Of a stretch of 64,000 nt of DNA, positions 26,916 to 39,545 are shown in pieces (position 1 is the first letter of the stretch; each line of letters starts with the position of its first letter). The DNA lies in assembly GCA_964016885.1 (NCBI GenBank), contig OZ024740.1, forward strand, positions 223,448,001 to 223,512,000. The letters are read 5' to 3'. A program made the position numbers and the translations under genes. Origin of the DNA: Eledone cirrhosa. Taxonomy: Eukaryota. The notes under the pieces were generated by a model. That model searched no databases. It was given only the letters and a program-made list of their open reading frames with translations, and had not been told where the DNA came from.

Positions 26916-28744
26916 TGCTTGTTGGCCTAAAATTGTGGAGCTGTTAAAAGCACATGAAAAACAATGACTGCAGAGATCTGAGGTCAGTTATATATTCTAT
27001 AAATATTACAATACATGGAGATGCAGCCCACTAATCCCTACCCTATTCATAGCTTAAACAGCACACTAAGCCCTGATACTTATCTGACATACCGCATTGA
27101 AACCACATTTCCCATGTTAATTGTGAATTTCAGTCTGTAGCAAGCATTTGAAACATTGACCTGACTTGAGAATAAGAAGGATCCTTGTGTTACTACCAAT
27201 AATATGACATGGATTTGGGAGGCTGATTGACTTGGGTATCCAACACTAACAAAACAGGGTGCTGTTGGTTAACCAATCATCAGAAAAATTGTACCCTGTC
27301 AGCTTGTTCTCTCCAACCACATGTCTGGTATCTCTCCTCAGCAAATATGGGATTTAGTTAGAGTGATGGAACCAATTATCAAAACATGGTGTATTTCGCT
27401 CCCTATATTTTAACAAGAATACTACCAAAATCATAAAATCTTCCTCATTCATTCTGTATCTCACTTTTCTGTATAATTTAGGCAACATTTCTTTCCAAAC
27501 AATGGTGTGAGGGCCTATTTAAAATTCATGCTCCCTCAAACATTTTTCTCATTTTGTTATCAATAACAAATGCTTTCCCTTAACCCGGCATGAATTCTCT
27601 TTTAATCATTTCTCTAAATCCATATGCTGTCTCTGTTTACTGTGAATTCATTCAAGGGCTAGTAACTGTTTGAATACATTTTGTCCAGCATTAATGGTAA
27701 TTAACTTAACCCTTTCATTAATATATGTCTCATTAAAAAAATGCTCATGGTTTTTAAATAATTTTGAATATAATCAAAGTATCGATAGGAGTTAATAATA
27801 TAACTATCTTGCTCATAATTAAACTGGTATTTGGAGCATAATGTAAAGGTAAATACATAATATTATGACGAAATATTTGTAGATAAATAGTAAAACAAAT
27901 AGTTCTGTAAACTAAGGGCAGTTTTAGACAGTTTTGTATTAAAGTAGTTAACTCTTGCACTATACCTCCCTCTCAGGAATCAACACAGCTAAATTTATGA
28001 GTTGCTACAAACGCTGATTCTGATCTCTCAAGCAATATCAAATGTATAATATTAACAAGCCAGTTGGACCATATGGTTAAACAGCAGTTAGAGACAGTTG
28101 TATCACTGAAAAAGTGACAGTAGACCATGACTTAAACGGCATTAGACAAATTTATGTAGTTCACGGCAGTACTTGAAATGAATAATATGAATTAATAAAG
28201 TAGCATGCTGGAAATAGTAGATGTGTTTGACTTTCTAAGTGATATAATTAGTTATGGATATAGTTATAATGAACATACAGTGTCTGGAGATTAAACAAAA
28301 TGAAATATTTGAGAAATATCTCCTCTGTAGCTATATAATTAACAGACTATTTAAGGTATGTAAGATACATTTAGCACCATATAGGCATGGAAATGAATAT
28401 AAACTGGTATATAGTGATGGCAGAAGAACTGTGATTATGTGCACGATCAATGAAAATTGTTAATTGGCAAAAATAGGGTAGAACATCGGAGTTGTCAATT
28501 AATGTGTGTGAGTGAAAGAACTACACTGTTTGAATATGCAATACAAAACTGGTGAAAAATATCTTGTAAAATGTCTCTTGGGTTGATGGTGATGTGAAAA
28601 AGAAGAGACATATTTACTTAAGAATATTGAACATTACTTGAGTTATAACACATGGAAAATATGTCAAAACTTATACCAGATTACAGACATAAACTCTAAA
28701 ACCAAAACACCAATACTAATAATATTGATGATGATTGCACATTA

Positions 28745-29104
28745 TCTCTATATATATAAAACTGAGTGTGAGAGAGAGATAGATAGATAGAGAGAGAGTT
28801 TGAATCCCTAAAACTCAAGAAATACCCAACCAAATTTGTTCAAACTTTACATGTGTATTACTTATGTTTCAGGTAGTTTTTTGCATATAAAAAAAATTCA
28901 TTTTCTTGATCCCCTAGGCATTAGGTGAAAACCTGCATATTTCCTGTTTCATCAAGGAAAATGTTAAAGGTTATCCAACCATCAGAGTATTCGGTTTATT
29001 TTCTTTACATATTGTCCAGGCATGCAGTTTTTCCACAATTAGGCCTGTTGGCGGCTGGCATTCCAAAATACCTTATCTCGTGCAACGCCAGGTACCACTG
29101 CTAG
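28745..29104 (+). mobile_element. Non-autonomous Helitron
   Basis: A|TCTCTATATATATAAAA...CGTGCAACGCCAGG...GCTAG|T; 5' part homologous to the 25790 copy. Confidence 0.7.
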
Positions 29105-30924
29105 TATGATATATAAATGGTATTTGATAATGAGGATGATGATTAATTTATAAAAAAAAGTTAATGTCAAAATAGCATAATCAAAAATATATAAATGTAC
29201 ATACATTAACAAAGTAGGTATAAACTGAGTCAAAGAAAAATTTCATTTTACCAAACATTATATCATTAGAAATATGTTTCATAATAATAAAATTTCTTTG
29301 AAATGAATAGAAATATTTTAATTGATTATTCTGTGAATGGTGTCATGTTTTATATCAAATTACTTGAATTGTATGCATGTTATCAGTTAATATTATTAAG
29401 TTACATCTTAGAGATTAATTTGAATTGAAATGTGCATCTCCTTCCCCAATTCCTAAAAGATAATTGCGATAGCAGACGGATGATGGCATAATTAAAATAT
29501 AAGCCATAATAAAGCAATTTATTACATAAAAATTGAAAACTGTAAAAAGCATTTTTCTATCATTAGAAAAAAAACAGTTGAATACATGTAAAATAAAAAT
29601 ATTTATGTCTGAGCAGTGTTAACATTACAGACTAGATAAACTGATTGAAGAAGCATCTCATATGGCTTCAGGATAAAGCATGACCCTATGGTTTGATGAG
29701 TAATGTGTCTAGCACCCTCAGTGTTTAATTACCACAATCATCTCTGATTCTTCTCAACAACTTGAATATTGTCTTAGGAGCATTCATAGATCAAAGATCA
29801 AAGTTAAATATCTTGTGAAAATCCAAATAATACCTAATAGCAGAAATCATCTCAGACGGCACCACTTATAACAGTAGCTTACAAACTGACAGCAAGAATT
29901 CATAGCAGCTAACGGAAACTATCTCAAACCATTGACAAGTTTATGAGACATTTGTCTTTTATTACTTTGCTGCCATTCTAAAGAGGATAGTTTAAAAACA
30001 AATCTAAATATAAACAAAATAAAACAAACTATACTTTAAAGAATAAAAAAAAAAAAACTATTTAAAAAAAAAAAAAGAAGAAAAGACGCTTAATGGATAT
30101 TTGAACAAATAATTTTCTTTGACATCTTCAACATTTCTGAAAAATGTGCTATGAATATCTTGACAACTGAGAGAAAAAGTAATGCTATCAATAAAAATAT
30201 GAGTTTTGTTATACGCACCAGTTTATTTCTTTAAAATAATCCACTAAATTATATTCAAAGTTATGTAGGTCAAATCTAATAACCTTATGCTTGTAACATA
30301 ATTTCTATCTTGAAATTATGCTTTAGTAGAAGAAATGCTACCAATACTACCAAATGTAGGCAATAATTCAAGAAGTCATAGTTATACTTTTAAAATAAAA
30401 TATCAAATATTTGAATAAAAACAACAAAAGTAAATTAAAAAGAGGCATTGAAAGTCACTTGATCTGCTAGAAGAAACCATCAAATGTCCTTCAAATCACA
30501 CCCTGCCACCTTAAATAAGTAATGGACAAATCAAATATAGTGCTCGGGGACTAAACCACCTGGTAAAACCTTTTGTTCTATAACACAAAGCTTTTTATTT
30601 TAAAGAGTTTATATTCATTTGAAAGCCCTCTATCATAATTTTATTCAGATATTTTTGTTGAATTATGTTCCATATAGTAGCCTAATTCAAAAGTTAGTTA
30701 TATTAGTAAATCCTCCAAAATTCTTCATTATTTTCAAAATTATTTTAAAATTATAGGCAATGTTTTTCATTAGACATATGGTAATGAAAGAGTTAAAATG
30801 AAAGATGATACAATGGATAAAGAAACCAGAGAAAGAGGTGGGGGTGATGAAGATATGGGATAATTGGTTAGCTCATTCAATGCTGAATTGAGATAAAAAA
30901 ACATTTGAAAAATATTGACAGCAA

Positions 30925-31029
30925 TAATAATTGTTTCTACTTTTGGCACAAGGCCAGCAATTAACCAGTACATTACTGGTACTTTATTTTATCGACCCTG
31001 TAACGATGAAAGACAAAGTTAACCTCGGC
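30925..31029 (-). mobile_element. tRNA-derived SINE family 1, 3' half
   Basis: Reverse-complement match to family 1. Confidence 0.85.
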
Positions 31030-31864
31030 AATAATGGTAAAAGAATGGTAATATTGGAGAGATAGCAGGAATAACACAACTGCAACTCATAAGCAAATAC
31101 TGCCAATTAAAAAGATAGAGAAATAGAGAGGGGAAAGAGAGGGATAGAGTGTGAAAACATTACGTTCTACAAACAGGATAAACCAATATGATATACAGAA
31201 TATACAATTTAATATAAATACAAAATTTTGTTTTGAATTAGAAAAGTGTTTTCACTTGGAAATCTAGGGTGATGAATATTTTCAAATATTTTGTATAAAA
31301 TTCATTATGAGCAAATAATTTGAGGCATCCTGTACCTTTCATCCATGAAAAAGTAATTCTTTTTCAATCAAACAACTGCACATAGAAAAACGCTTATTAG
31401 CAAAAGAGTAAATCATTTGTCTCTTAAACACACACAGTGTATGATAAAGATGCATCTGTATACATAGAGAGAGTGGGTAACTGAGCCTGTGACAATCTCT
31501 ATATGAATATTCACATTTTTAATACGTAAATATTGCAAAAAAAAAAAAAAAAAAAAATGAAGTACTCTGTAAATTGTCAAAATAATAAACAACTTTAATT
31601 GATTGTCAGACCTAGTTGGGTCCACATTGTGTCTATCATCTGAACAAACAACCACAATGAAAACTCGTATTTGATGGGCTTATATATCTATATATATATA
31701 TATACAACCAACAGGATTCAACTTCTAAGATGGATGAAATACATAACATCGAGCGTTTTCATAATACTACATCATGGAATAACCAACTCTATTAATATTA
31801 CATTGAGGAATAACCAACTCTACCCAGTGGTGAACCACCAAATTTCAGCGTATATATATATATA

Positions 31865-32321
31865 TATAATGAAATGACAGGAGGCTGGATTTGTGTAAAT
31901 CCTTGAAAGGTTTATTATACTATGATCATTTCAATGACCGGGTTCCGTATGAATCTGGTGATATCATCAGGTATTCGAAATATAATACGTGAATGTAATA
32001 GATAAAATCCATGGGGCTGAAAATCGAGGACCCGAGGGCGACCGCTATTCTGTTCCTTCAACCTCAGCCGGTCGCCCTGGAGTGAGTGAAGGAACAGAAT
32101 AGCGGTCGCCCTCGGGTCCTCGATTTTCAGCCCCATGGATTTTATCTATTACATTCACGTATTATATTTCGAATACCTGATGATATCACCGGATTCATAC
32201 GGAACCCGGTCATTGAAATGTATAATAAACCTTCCAAGGATTTACACAATAGTATAATAAACCTTTAATAATAAACCTTTCAAGGATTTACACAAATCCA
32301 GCCTCCTGTCATTTCATTATA
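31865..32321. repeat. Long near-perfect inverted repeat
   Basis: Inner arms 31927-32060 and 32087-32220 (134 bp, 1 mismatch) around a 26-nt spacer; outer arms extend to 31865/32321, with short tandem re-duplications in the right arm. Confidence 0.95.
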
Positions 32322-32908
32322 ATATTTAACTCCGTAATAGCACCACCAACTACAAAAACAAAGACGGTTGAACTGCTTTACGTTGAGTACTCTCTATATT
32401 ATTGCATTACGATTGACCATACGGAATAGACCAGCTCTATACAGTGGTGAACCTCAAACCTGAATAAATATATAATAATATATATATATATCGCCATCAC
32501 TGTTTTACATCCGTTCTTCCATGTTAGCATGGGTTAGACGGGTTGTCCTGTTGTGAGCAGTGTCCGGTCAGATGACTTTTTCTTGCCCATAATGGAACTG
32601 ATTCTGGCATGAATTCTACAGTTGGATGCCCTTCCTAACACCAACCACATTTACCATGAGTGTTGGGTGTCTTTTCTCCGTGGCGCCTGCACGTCCACTT
32701 TACAGTGTGGGCTGGGTGCTTTTTTTCTGTGGTACCTCCACGACCACTTTGCAGCGGGGGCGGGGTGGGGGTGGGGGTTATATTGACTATATGCTTCAGC
32801 TTCGGTTTGTATCCGTGGGAAGTCGGGTCTTCTGTATTACTACGTGACGGCAGAGGTTACGGCCATGTGTCATCGCCTTTGAGAGGTGTAATTGTGTATG
32901 GAACACTT

Positions 32909-32942
<34 letters not shown>

Positions 32943-33119
32943 ATTATACTTTCAGAAGCTCATGCTGTCATTGAGAAAACCAACCATACATTTATAATAA
33001 ATTGAAGTGAAAACCAACAGGGGTGTGTGTTTTTATTGGCAGCATGACCCTGCCAAAGTATAACAATATCTGTTTCAACACACGATTACAAATTCAAATA
33101 CCAAGTATATATATCTATA

Positions 33120-33630
33120 TCTCTCAATCTACATCTCTCCATCCACGTCTCCCCATCCACGTCTCTCCACCCACATCGCTCCGTCTATATCTCCCCATCC
33201 ACATCTCTCCTACTGCATCTCTCCCCATCTATTTCTCTCTCTCCATCTATAATTCTCCGCCAATATCTCTCTGCCTGCATCTCCCCGTCTATATCTCCCC
33301 GCCAATATCTCCCCGCATGCATCTCCCCGTCTATATCTCCCCGCAAATATATCCCCGCATGCATCTCTCCGTCTCTCCATCTATATCTCTCCATCTCTAT
33401 CTCCCCATCTATTTCTCTCTCTCCGTCTATATCTCCACGTCTGTACCTCCCCACCTGTATCTCTCCGCCTATACCTCTCCGTCTATGTCTCCCCCTCTAT
33501 TTCTTTCCCTCTATATCTCCCGATTCGTATCTCTCCCCATCTCTATCTCTCCATCTATTTTTCTCTCTCTCCCTCTACATCTCTCCGTCTACACCTCCCC
33601 ATCCGTACCTCTCTCTCCCTCTCTCTCTAT
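33120..33630. repeat. Degenerate ~12-bp C/T-rich minisatellite (TCTATATCTCCC-like)
   Basis: Direct reading; explains the spurious 250-aa ORF. Confidence 0.8.
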
Positions 33631-33650
33631 ATATATACATACACACACAC

Positions 33651-33717
<67 letters not shown>

Positions 33718-33747
33718 ATGTATGTATATATATATATATACACAGAC

Positions 33748-33936
33748 AAGAAAGAGTCAGGACCCCAATGTCTGAGCTATTGCCATTTCAACAAATAATT
33801 ACAGAAGTAGCTGTTGAAATGGCAAGGGCTCCGACCATGGAGTCCTGACTCTTTCTTATAACCATATTCTACTACCCCAAGTGTCAAGTACTCTGGTGAG
33901 CAATGGTCAAACAGGTTTTTATTGTATCCATATTGA
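33748..33936 (+). mobile_element. ~190-bp hairpin-containing element in (TA)n
   Basis: Hairpin 33748-33857 with 16-bp and 14-bp perfect helices; diverged reverse-complement homologue at 57175-57358. Confidence 0.65.
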
Positions 33937-34052
33937 TATATATATATATATATATATACATACATACATACAGACACACCACTCCCACTATTAAGCGTGA
34001 AACACTTTGTACTGCCTCTTTGCTTCCACGTTTCTTTTTGTTTATTGTCTCA

Positions 34053-34083
<31 letters not shown>

Positions 34084-34365
34084 GCAAAGTTGCACAGAAA
34101 AAAAGAAATATGTTGGATAAACAAGCAAAATCATCCATCCTTCTCTTCAGCCAGAACTGGGTAATATAATTTCATGCATAATCACAATGTCACATAATAT
34201 TGAGCCCATGTTTCACAGCAGCTTAGAAAAAAGCCCCCAGAAAAGTGAATATGAGACAAGACAACAACTTAGCTAGGAACCAATAAGTGAGTGCCTCCTA
34301 TTAAGACAAACAATGGTGCAGACATGTTTTGTAAATGGTAACATTTGCACCTGAAAAATAGAAGA

Positions 34366-34399
<34 letters not shown>

Positions 34400-34456
34400 T
34401 GTTATACTTTGGGAGGGTCATGTTGCCAATAAGTAACACACGCACCAGTTGCTTTC

Positions 34457-34566
34457 ACCCCGCCGAGGTTGACTTTGCCTTTCATCCTTACGGGGTCGAT
34501 AAAATAAAGTACCAGTAATGCACTGGATAATTGCTGGCCTTGTGCCTAAAGTAGAAACAATTATAA
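34457..34566 (+). mobile_element. tRNA-derived SINE family 1, 3' half
   Basis: Match to family 1. Confidence 0.88.
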
Positions 34567-34642
34567 TAAATTTATACATTTAGGAATTTATAAATTTCCG
34601 GTTGGTTGGTTGGTTCCACAACCAGATGGTTATTTATATATT

Positions 34643-34683
34643 GTCAAAGTTCTTTCGTCACATTCTGTGACCTCTTCAGTGAC
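34643..34683 (-). ncRNA. Minimal type I hammerhead ribozyme in PLE pseudo-LTR
   Basis: Minus strand: GTCA CTGAAGA G GTCAC AGAAT GTGAC GAAA GAAC TT TGAC (4-bp stem I, 5-bp stem II, 2-bp stem III, CUU site). Confidence 0.7.
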
Positions 34684-35169
34684 TGGGGATTCTTTTCTTT
34701 GTTCTGTCCTACGCCATTTTGTTTCTGTGTGTGTGTTGTGTGCTCAGTCTGCGCATGCGTCACATCCGGATGTCTGTGTGTGTTTATATTCGTTTATTTA
34801 TTTGTTTATTTACATGTTACAGGTTGGTTGTTTGTTCTATGTGCGTGTGTGTTTTCATTTTGTCCTTAATTGTAAGTTGTGATGTTGCTGTTCCACTCAT
34901 ATTTTCTATTTAATTTTGGTTGTAATTCTTTTATGTTTATTGCCTCTGTGATTTGTCTAAACATTGCGTCTTTTCAGTGTGTAGATTCTATTTTTATTTC
35001 TATATTCTCTAATTTACCCTTATGTTCTATTTTAGCATGTTGGTAGAGTACAGATGATTCTTTACTATCTTGAAGGTCTCGCCAGTGTTCATTTATCTGT
35101 TCCCCTACACTACGAGCTGTCTCACCTATGAACACTAATTCTTAACATAAAAAAAGAAGATCTATAGAG

Positions 35170-37720
35170 AATTAAGTCATCAAGAAAAACATAAGCGTAA
35201 CCTAATACGAGAAATAACAAAGATCACCACACCAAGAGAAAAACTAATATTTATAAGACTTATACGTCCTGAAGAACAGTACATTGCTCAAGAATGTGAT
35301 AAGCACTTTAACAAGAAACTAAAGTGGCTTAAGCAGATAAAACTAAATCAGGATACTGTAGAGAATACCAATAGATATCCCGACAAAATTGACGGTATAA
35401 ATATGGCCGACATCTCATTAACAGATGAGTTCAACAACAACAACACAAATATATACGGCAACACTGCAGTAGACCCTGATGAATTATCTGTATTACAACT
35501 ACCGCCTAAATATGCGACATTCAAGAAGGTAAATATGATTAGTTGTTTGTCAGAAATAGAAAAATCATTTACAAAATTACGTTGGAGCCTCAAAAACAAA
35601 AACAAAAACAAAAGTAACAACATACGCACACACATATAGAACACACATCCCAACAACAACAGATACACAGACACAAACAACAATAACAACAACACACACA
35701 TCAACAATAATAACATACTCAGAAACAACAACAACAGACACGCAGACACAAACAACAATAACAACACACACAACAATAATAACACACACGGACACAACAA
35801 CAACACACATCAACAACAACACACATCAACAACAGCACACATCAACAACACACGCACATTCAATGCCTCTCACCACCACCACAATCTTAAACACACAGAC
35901 ACAGAAAACAAGTAATGACAGTAGCACAGAAATAAGGGAAGGTAATAGGATTAAAAGGAGAAGGGAGACTATGGACAAAGAAAATAACCAAGACGAACAC
36001 ACAGACACACAAAATAGAGTAGATAATAACAATGAGCCAGTGGAAAGAGACAGGAGTAATAATGAGAGACATAGAAACAACCATGAGGCTGTTGGTGGAA
36101 ATAAAAAATAGAAACAACACAACTAACAATAACAATAGCACTAGTACACATAAAGCAGCAGCCTGGAACTCTACTTTTTATAATCCCTCCGATAAGTCGT
36201 TCGACCTGCGACGAGTCTACGCCACGACTTTACCATTTAACAAAAGCACGCAATTGCCGTCGCAGGTCGATGAACAAACAGAAGCACAATTTAGTATAGC
36301 TAGATCCGAACTTAGAAATATTATAGAACAGTATAGCAAGAAGCATAATAGAATGGAGGCCTAGCAACTGGGAGAAAAATCTGCAAATGGCTTGCGTAAG
36401 CTCATGCAGCGCTCGCGTAATGGACAGATAGCATGCTTTCCAACAGACAAGTCTGGCAGAATGTCGGTTGACAGCCTGCCAAACTACATCCAGCCAATGC
36501 AACCCCACATCACTAACACAAGAGAAGTAACACCACAGGAGTATGCGGATAGAGAAAAAGCCCTCAATGCCCATATGCTGATGTGGACGAATATAATGCA
36601 GCCCAACAAAAGGACTGCAAACAACTTCCAGGCCTGGAACAATGACGTGCCGGCGTTGTATGGGCTTCGAAAAGACCATAACACGGTCAGTGACCCTGTC
36701 ACGGGACCACCAACACGGCCAGTCTGTGGAGCTAATATTGTTAGTAACTACAGACTGTCCTACTTCCTCTCCCTGATCATACGCCCCATCATTGAAATGT
36801 CCCCAGATGTATGTGACAGCACGGAGGACCTCCTCAGCAGAATCGGCGAGAGTAACCGATCTAGGGACCTAACAAACTGCATAATAGGTAGTATGGATGT
36901 TGTGTCCCTGTATCCATCTATTGACGTGAATTATGCTGTGGAGAAATGCGTAGAAATAATCAGTGAGAGCAATGTTGAGTTCCATGGGATTGATACCAGT
37001 GAGCTGGGACTCCTACTTAAACTTAAACTTAAGGAACAATTAGAAGACCCCTTAACCCTGATAATGTACTCCCGCTATGTTGATGATATAAACATCGTAG
37101 TTAAAACACGCCCACTAGAGAACAGTCAGGAATTAGAGAAAAACACAATGGAAAGCATCCAGAAAATAACTAACTCCATCCACCAGAGTATTAGAGTTAC
37201 TATAGACTACTCAAGTAAACACCCCAACCATCGATTACCTGTACTAGACACAGAGCTCTGGTTAGATACCATTAATAACAAAAAACAAATCCTCCATTCC
37301 CATTATGCCAAACCCATGACTTCCAAATATCTGATCCACCGAAATTCAGCTGTTTCGGGCCATACCAAAATCAACATACTGATTGCGGATTTGGTACGTG
37401 TGATGAGAAACGTGTCCCGCATGTGCAACCCCGAAGAACTAGAGAGACACATACAACACTTCATCCACCGTATGCAGTTCTCTGGTTACAATCAGAGAGA
37501 TAAAATCAAAGTGTATAGAGGAGCCAGAATCAAATGGGAAAAAATGGTAAATAATGACACAAATGGGACCTGCCCCTTGTATAGGAGCAAATTTTGGAAT
37601 AGAATAGAAATAACTAGGAATAAGGCTAATAGAATAAACTCATGGTATGATAGCAATAAATACCAGACTGTAATGTTCATCGATACAACCTCTAGAGGTG
37701 AATTAGCTTACAAATTTAGT
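35170..37720 (+). pseudogene. Penelope-like reverse transcriptase (stops/frameshifts, low-complexity tract 35590-36150, motif B missing)
   Basis: ELSVLQLPPKYA..KLRW N-terminal motif; PTDKSG; PALYGLRKDH; PTRPV; IIGSMDVVSLYPSID (motif A); YSRYVDD (motif C, YVDD at 37076-37087); LPVLD; HYAKPM; MQFSGY; ends before any GIY-YIG. Confidence 0.9.
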
Positions 37721-38079
37721 ATGTATTATGATATATATATATATATATATCATAATACATGAACATATGCATGTACATAGACATGCAGGCACGATAGATC
37801 TTCTTACAATTCCAATTACTTGATTAACTTTACTATCCACTAATTGATTGCATTAGATTGCAGGTACAATCCATGTGGTGTGCTTCAATAGATTCTTTTC
37901 TACCAAATGTCACTCTCAAGGCTTGAATCAACATCAGAATATGGTACAAGATAAGCTCAATATACTATGGAGTGAAATCAAATCTAAGGCATTATTACTG
38001 CAAAGCAAAATTTATAACCATTCACTTATATACCTGCAGCAAACACACAGATACATACATGCGTGAATACATATATACA

Positions 38080-39129
38080 TATAATGGTTTGCTACCTACT
38101 CCTAGCAATGAGTTCAGGATTCATTCTAATAGACACCTTAACCAAACGCCTTCTTGTAATACTAGAATTCATGCACTACTAAACATAACCTATAAATTAC
38201 TCTAAACATATCTATAAATCCTTTTAATACTGCTCGTACTCCACATCAAAATAGATTGCATAACCTGTCCTGGTTTACTCCTCCGTTCTCCTATAATGTA
38301 GCTTCTAACTTCCCGAAAAGTTTCTTCTCCATCTTATGCAACCATTTCCCTCCAAGCCATAAGTACTATAACTTATTTAACAGAAATAATGTTGAGATTT
38401 CTTTCTCTACTACCCCTAACCTGGCTGATTATATTGCTTTTAGTAACCATAAGAAACTAAAAACAAAATCATAGTACCTCACTGTTTTTTTACCTCTACC
38501 ACTTAACCCTTTATATACGAATAATTCTAACATTAATAGTTATTTTTTAATTCTCCTATCACCTTATCTTCAAGTGATACACCTACTATTTCTATCCCTT
38601 TACCTACAATCTCTATCGCCTCTAACCGTAACTGCAGAAATCCTAATAACTGCCTTCTGAATGGTCAATGTCTTACTAAAAATATAGTATACTAGCTGAA
38701 TTACCCAGCATTGCCCAGGTTACTGCTGTTCTTATTCAGATTAGTAAACATTGATATGTTTTTTTTTTTAATAATTATTTCAAAATATCTATATTTTATG
38801 AAAAAGAATATCAAAATTGTCATGGTAATAGAATTTAGAAATGAAAATCTGTCAATCTTGAAGCACCTTAAGGTAAACAATATCCATGTGTAATTTTTTG
38901 CTGGTGTCTAAATGAATAAATTGTGACATACAAAATGTGACGTCGTGGTGGTTTACTATAGTTCACTATAGAAAGGTTATTTTAGATAAAATATTATATT
39001 GTTTTAATCCAAATGAAAATAAAAATTACATGTTGACACTCCCGGGTTTTTATACCTTGGAAAATATGATTTGATTTGGTCGAGGCGTTTGAGAATGCAT
39101 AGGAACAGACAGACAGAAAGGCAAATAAT

Positions 39130-39175
<46 letters not shown>

Positions 39176-39545
39176 TGTACTCTTAAAACCCACAGTGATA
39201 CTAAAACGCACAATGGAGCTACTGCTAACCCTTTCAAGATTCGTTTTAATTCTTAAACATTCATTTAAGAATAGTAATTTAAAATGTTCTACTTCTTTAC
39301 CCAGACATATAAATACACTAAAACTCTTTAATATTGGATACTCTTTAGTCTGGGATATCTTAGCTAAGTTCTTACTTTGCAATGGTTCTAAAGGTCATTG
39401 TGATCTCTGATTATCCAAAGCTTATTTCATAACTATGTCTAAGCCCAGCCCAATAAATGTTCACAATGAGATTGTAATTAACTGCCATCATCGTTTGGCA
39501 TACTCATTCGCTAACAGAGTGTTTGATCCTACTAGATTCCATTAA
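38080..39545 (+). pseudogene. PLE thumb/linker and GIY-YIG endonuclease remnant, split by a Helitron
   Basis: WFTPPFSYNV..HFPPSHKYYNLFNRNNVEISFS; NCRNPNNCLLNGQCLTKNIVY | CTLKT...NGATANPFKIRF..KHSF..STSL..WDIL..HCDL*L..INVHNEIVINCHH. Confidence 0.8.
38692..39175 (-). mobile_element. Non-autonomous Helitron inserted in the GIY-YIG coding remnant
   Basis: A|CTAGC..ACCCAGCATTGCCCAGG at the left (3' end on minus) and (TA)n(GA)n|T at the right (5' TC on minus). Confidence 0.7.

Larger units (their letters stand above)
34590..37720 (+). mobile_element. Penelope-like element (RT-bearing, EN-truncated) with probable inverted 5' pseudo-LTR
   Basis: PLE RT motifs on the + strand; the upstream ~34590-35000 segment has opposite strand skew and a minus-strand HHR. 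Confidence 0.8.

Noticed and set aside
35590-36150. Hydrophobic minus-strand ORFs as membrane proteins
   Set aside because: They are antisense readings of the (AAC/ACAC) low-complexity tract inside the PLE ORF.
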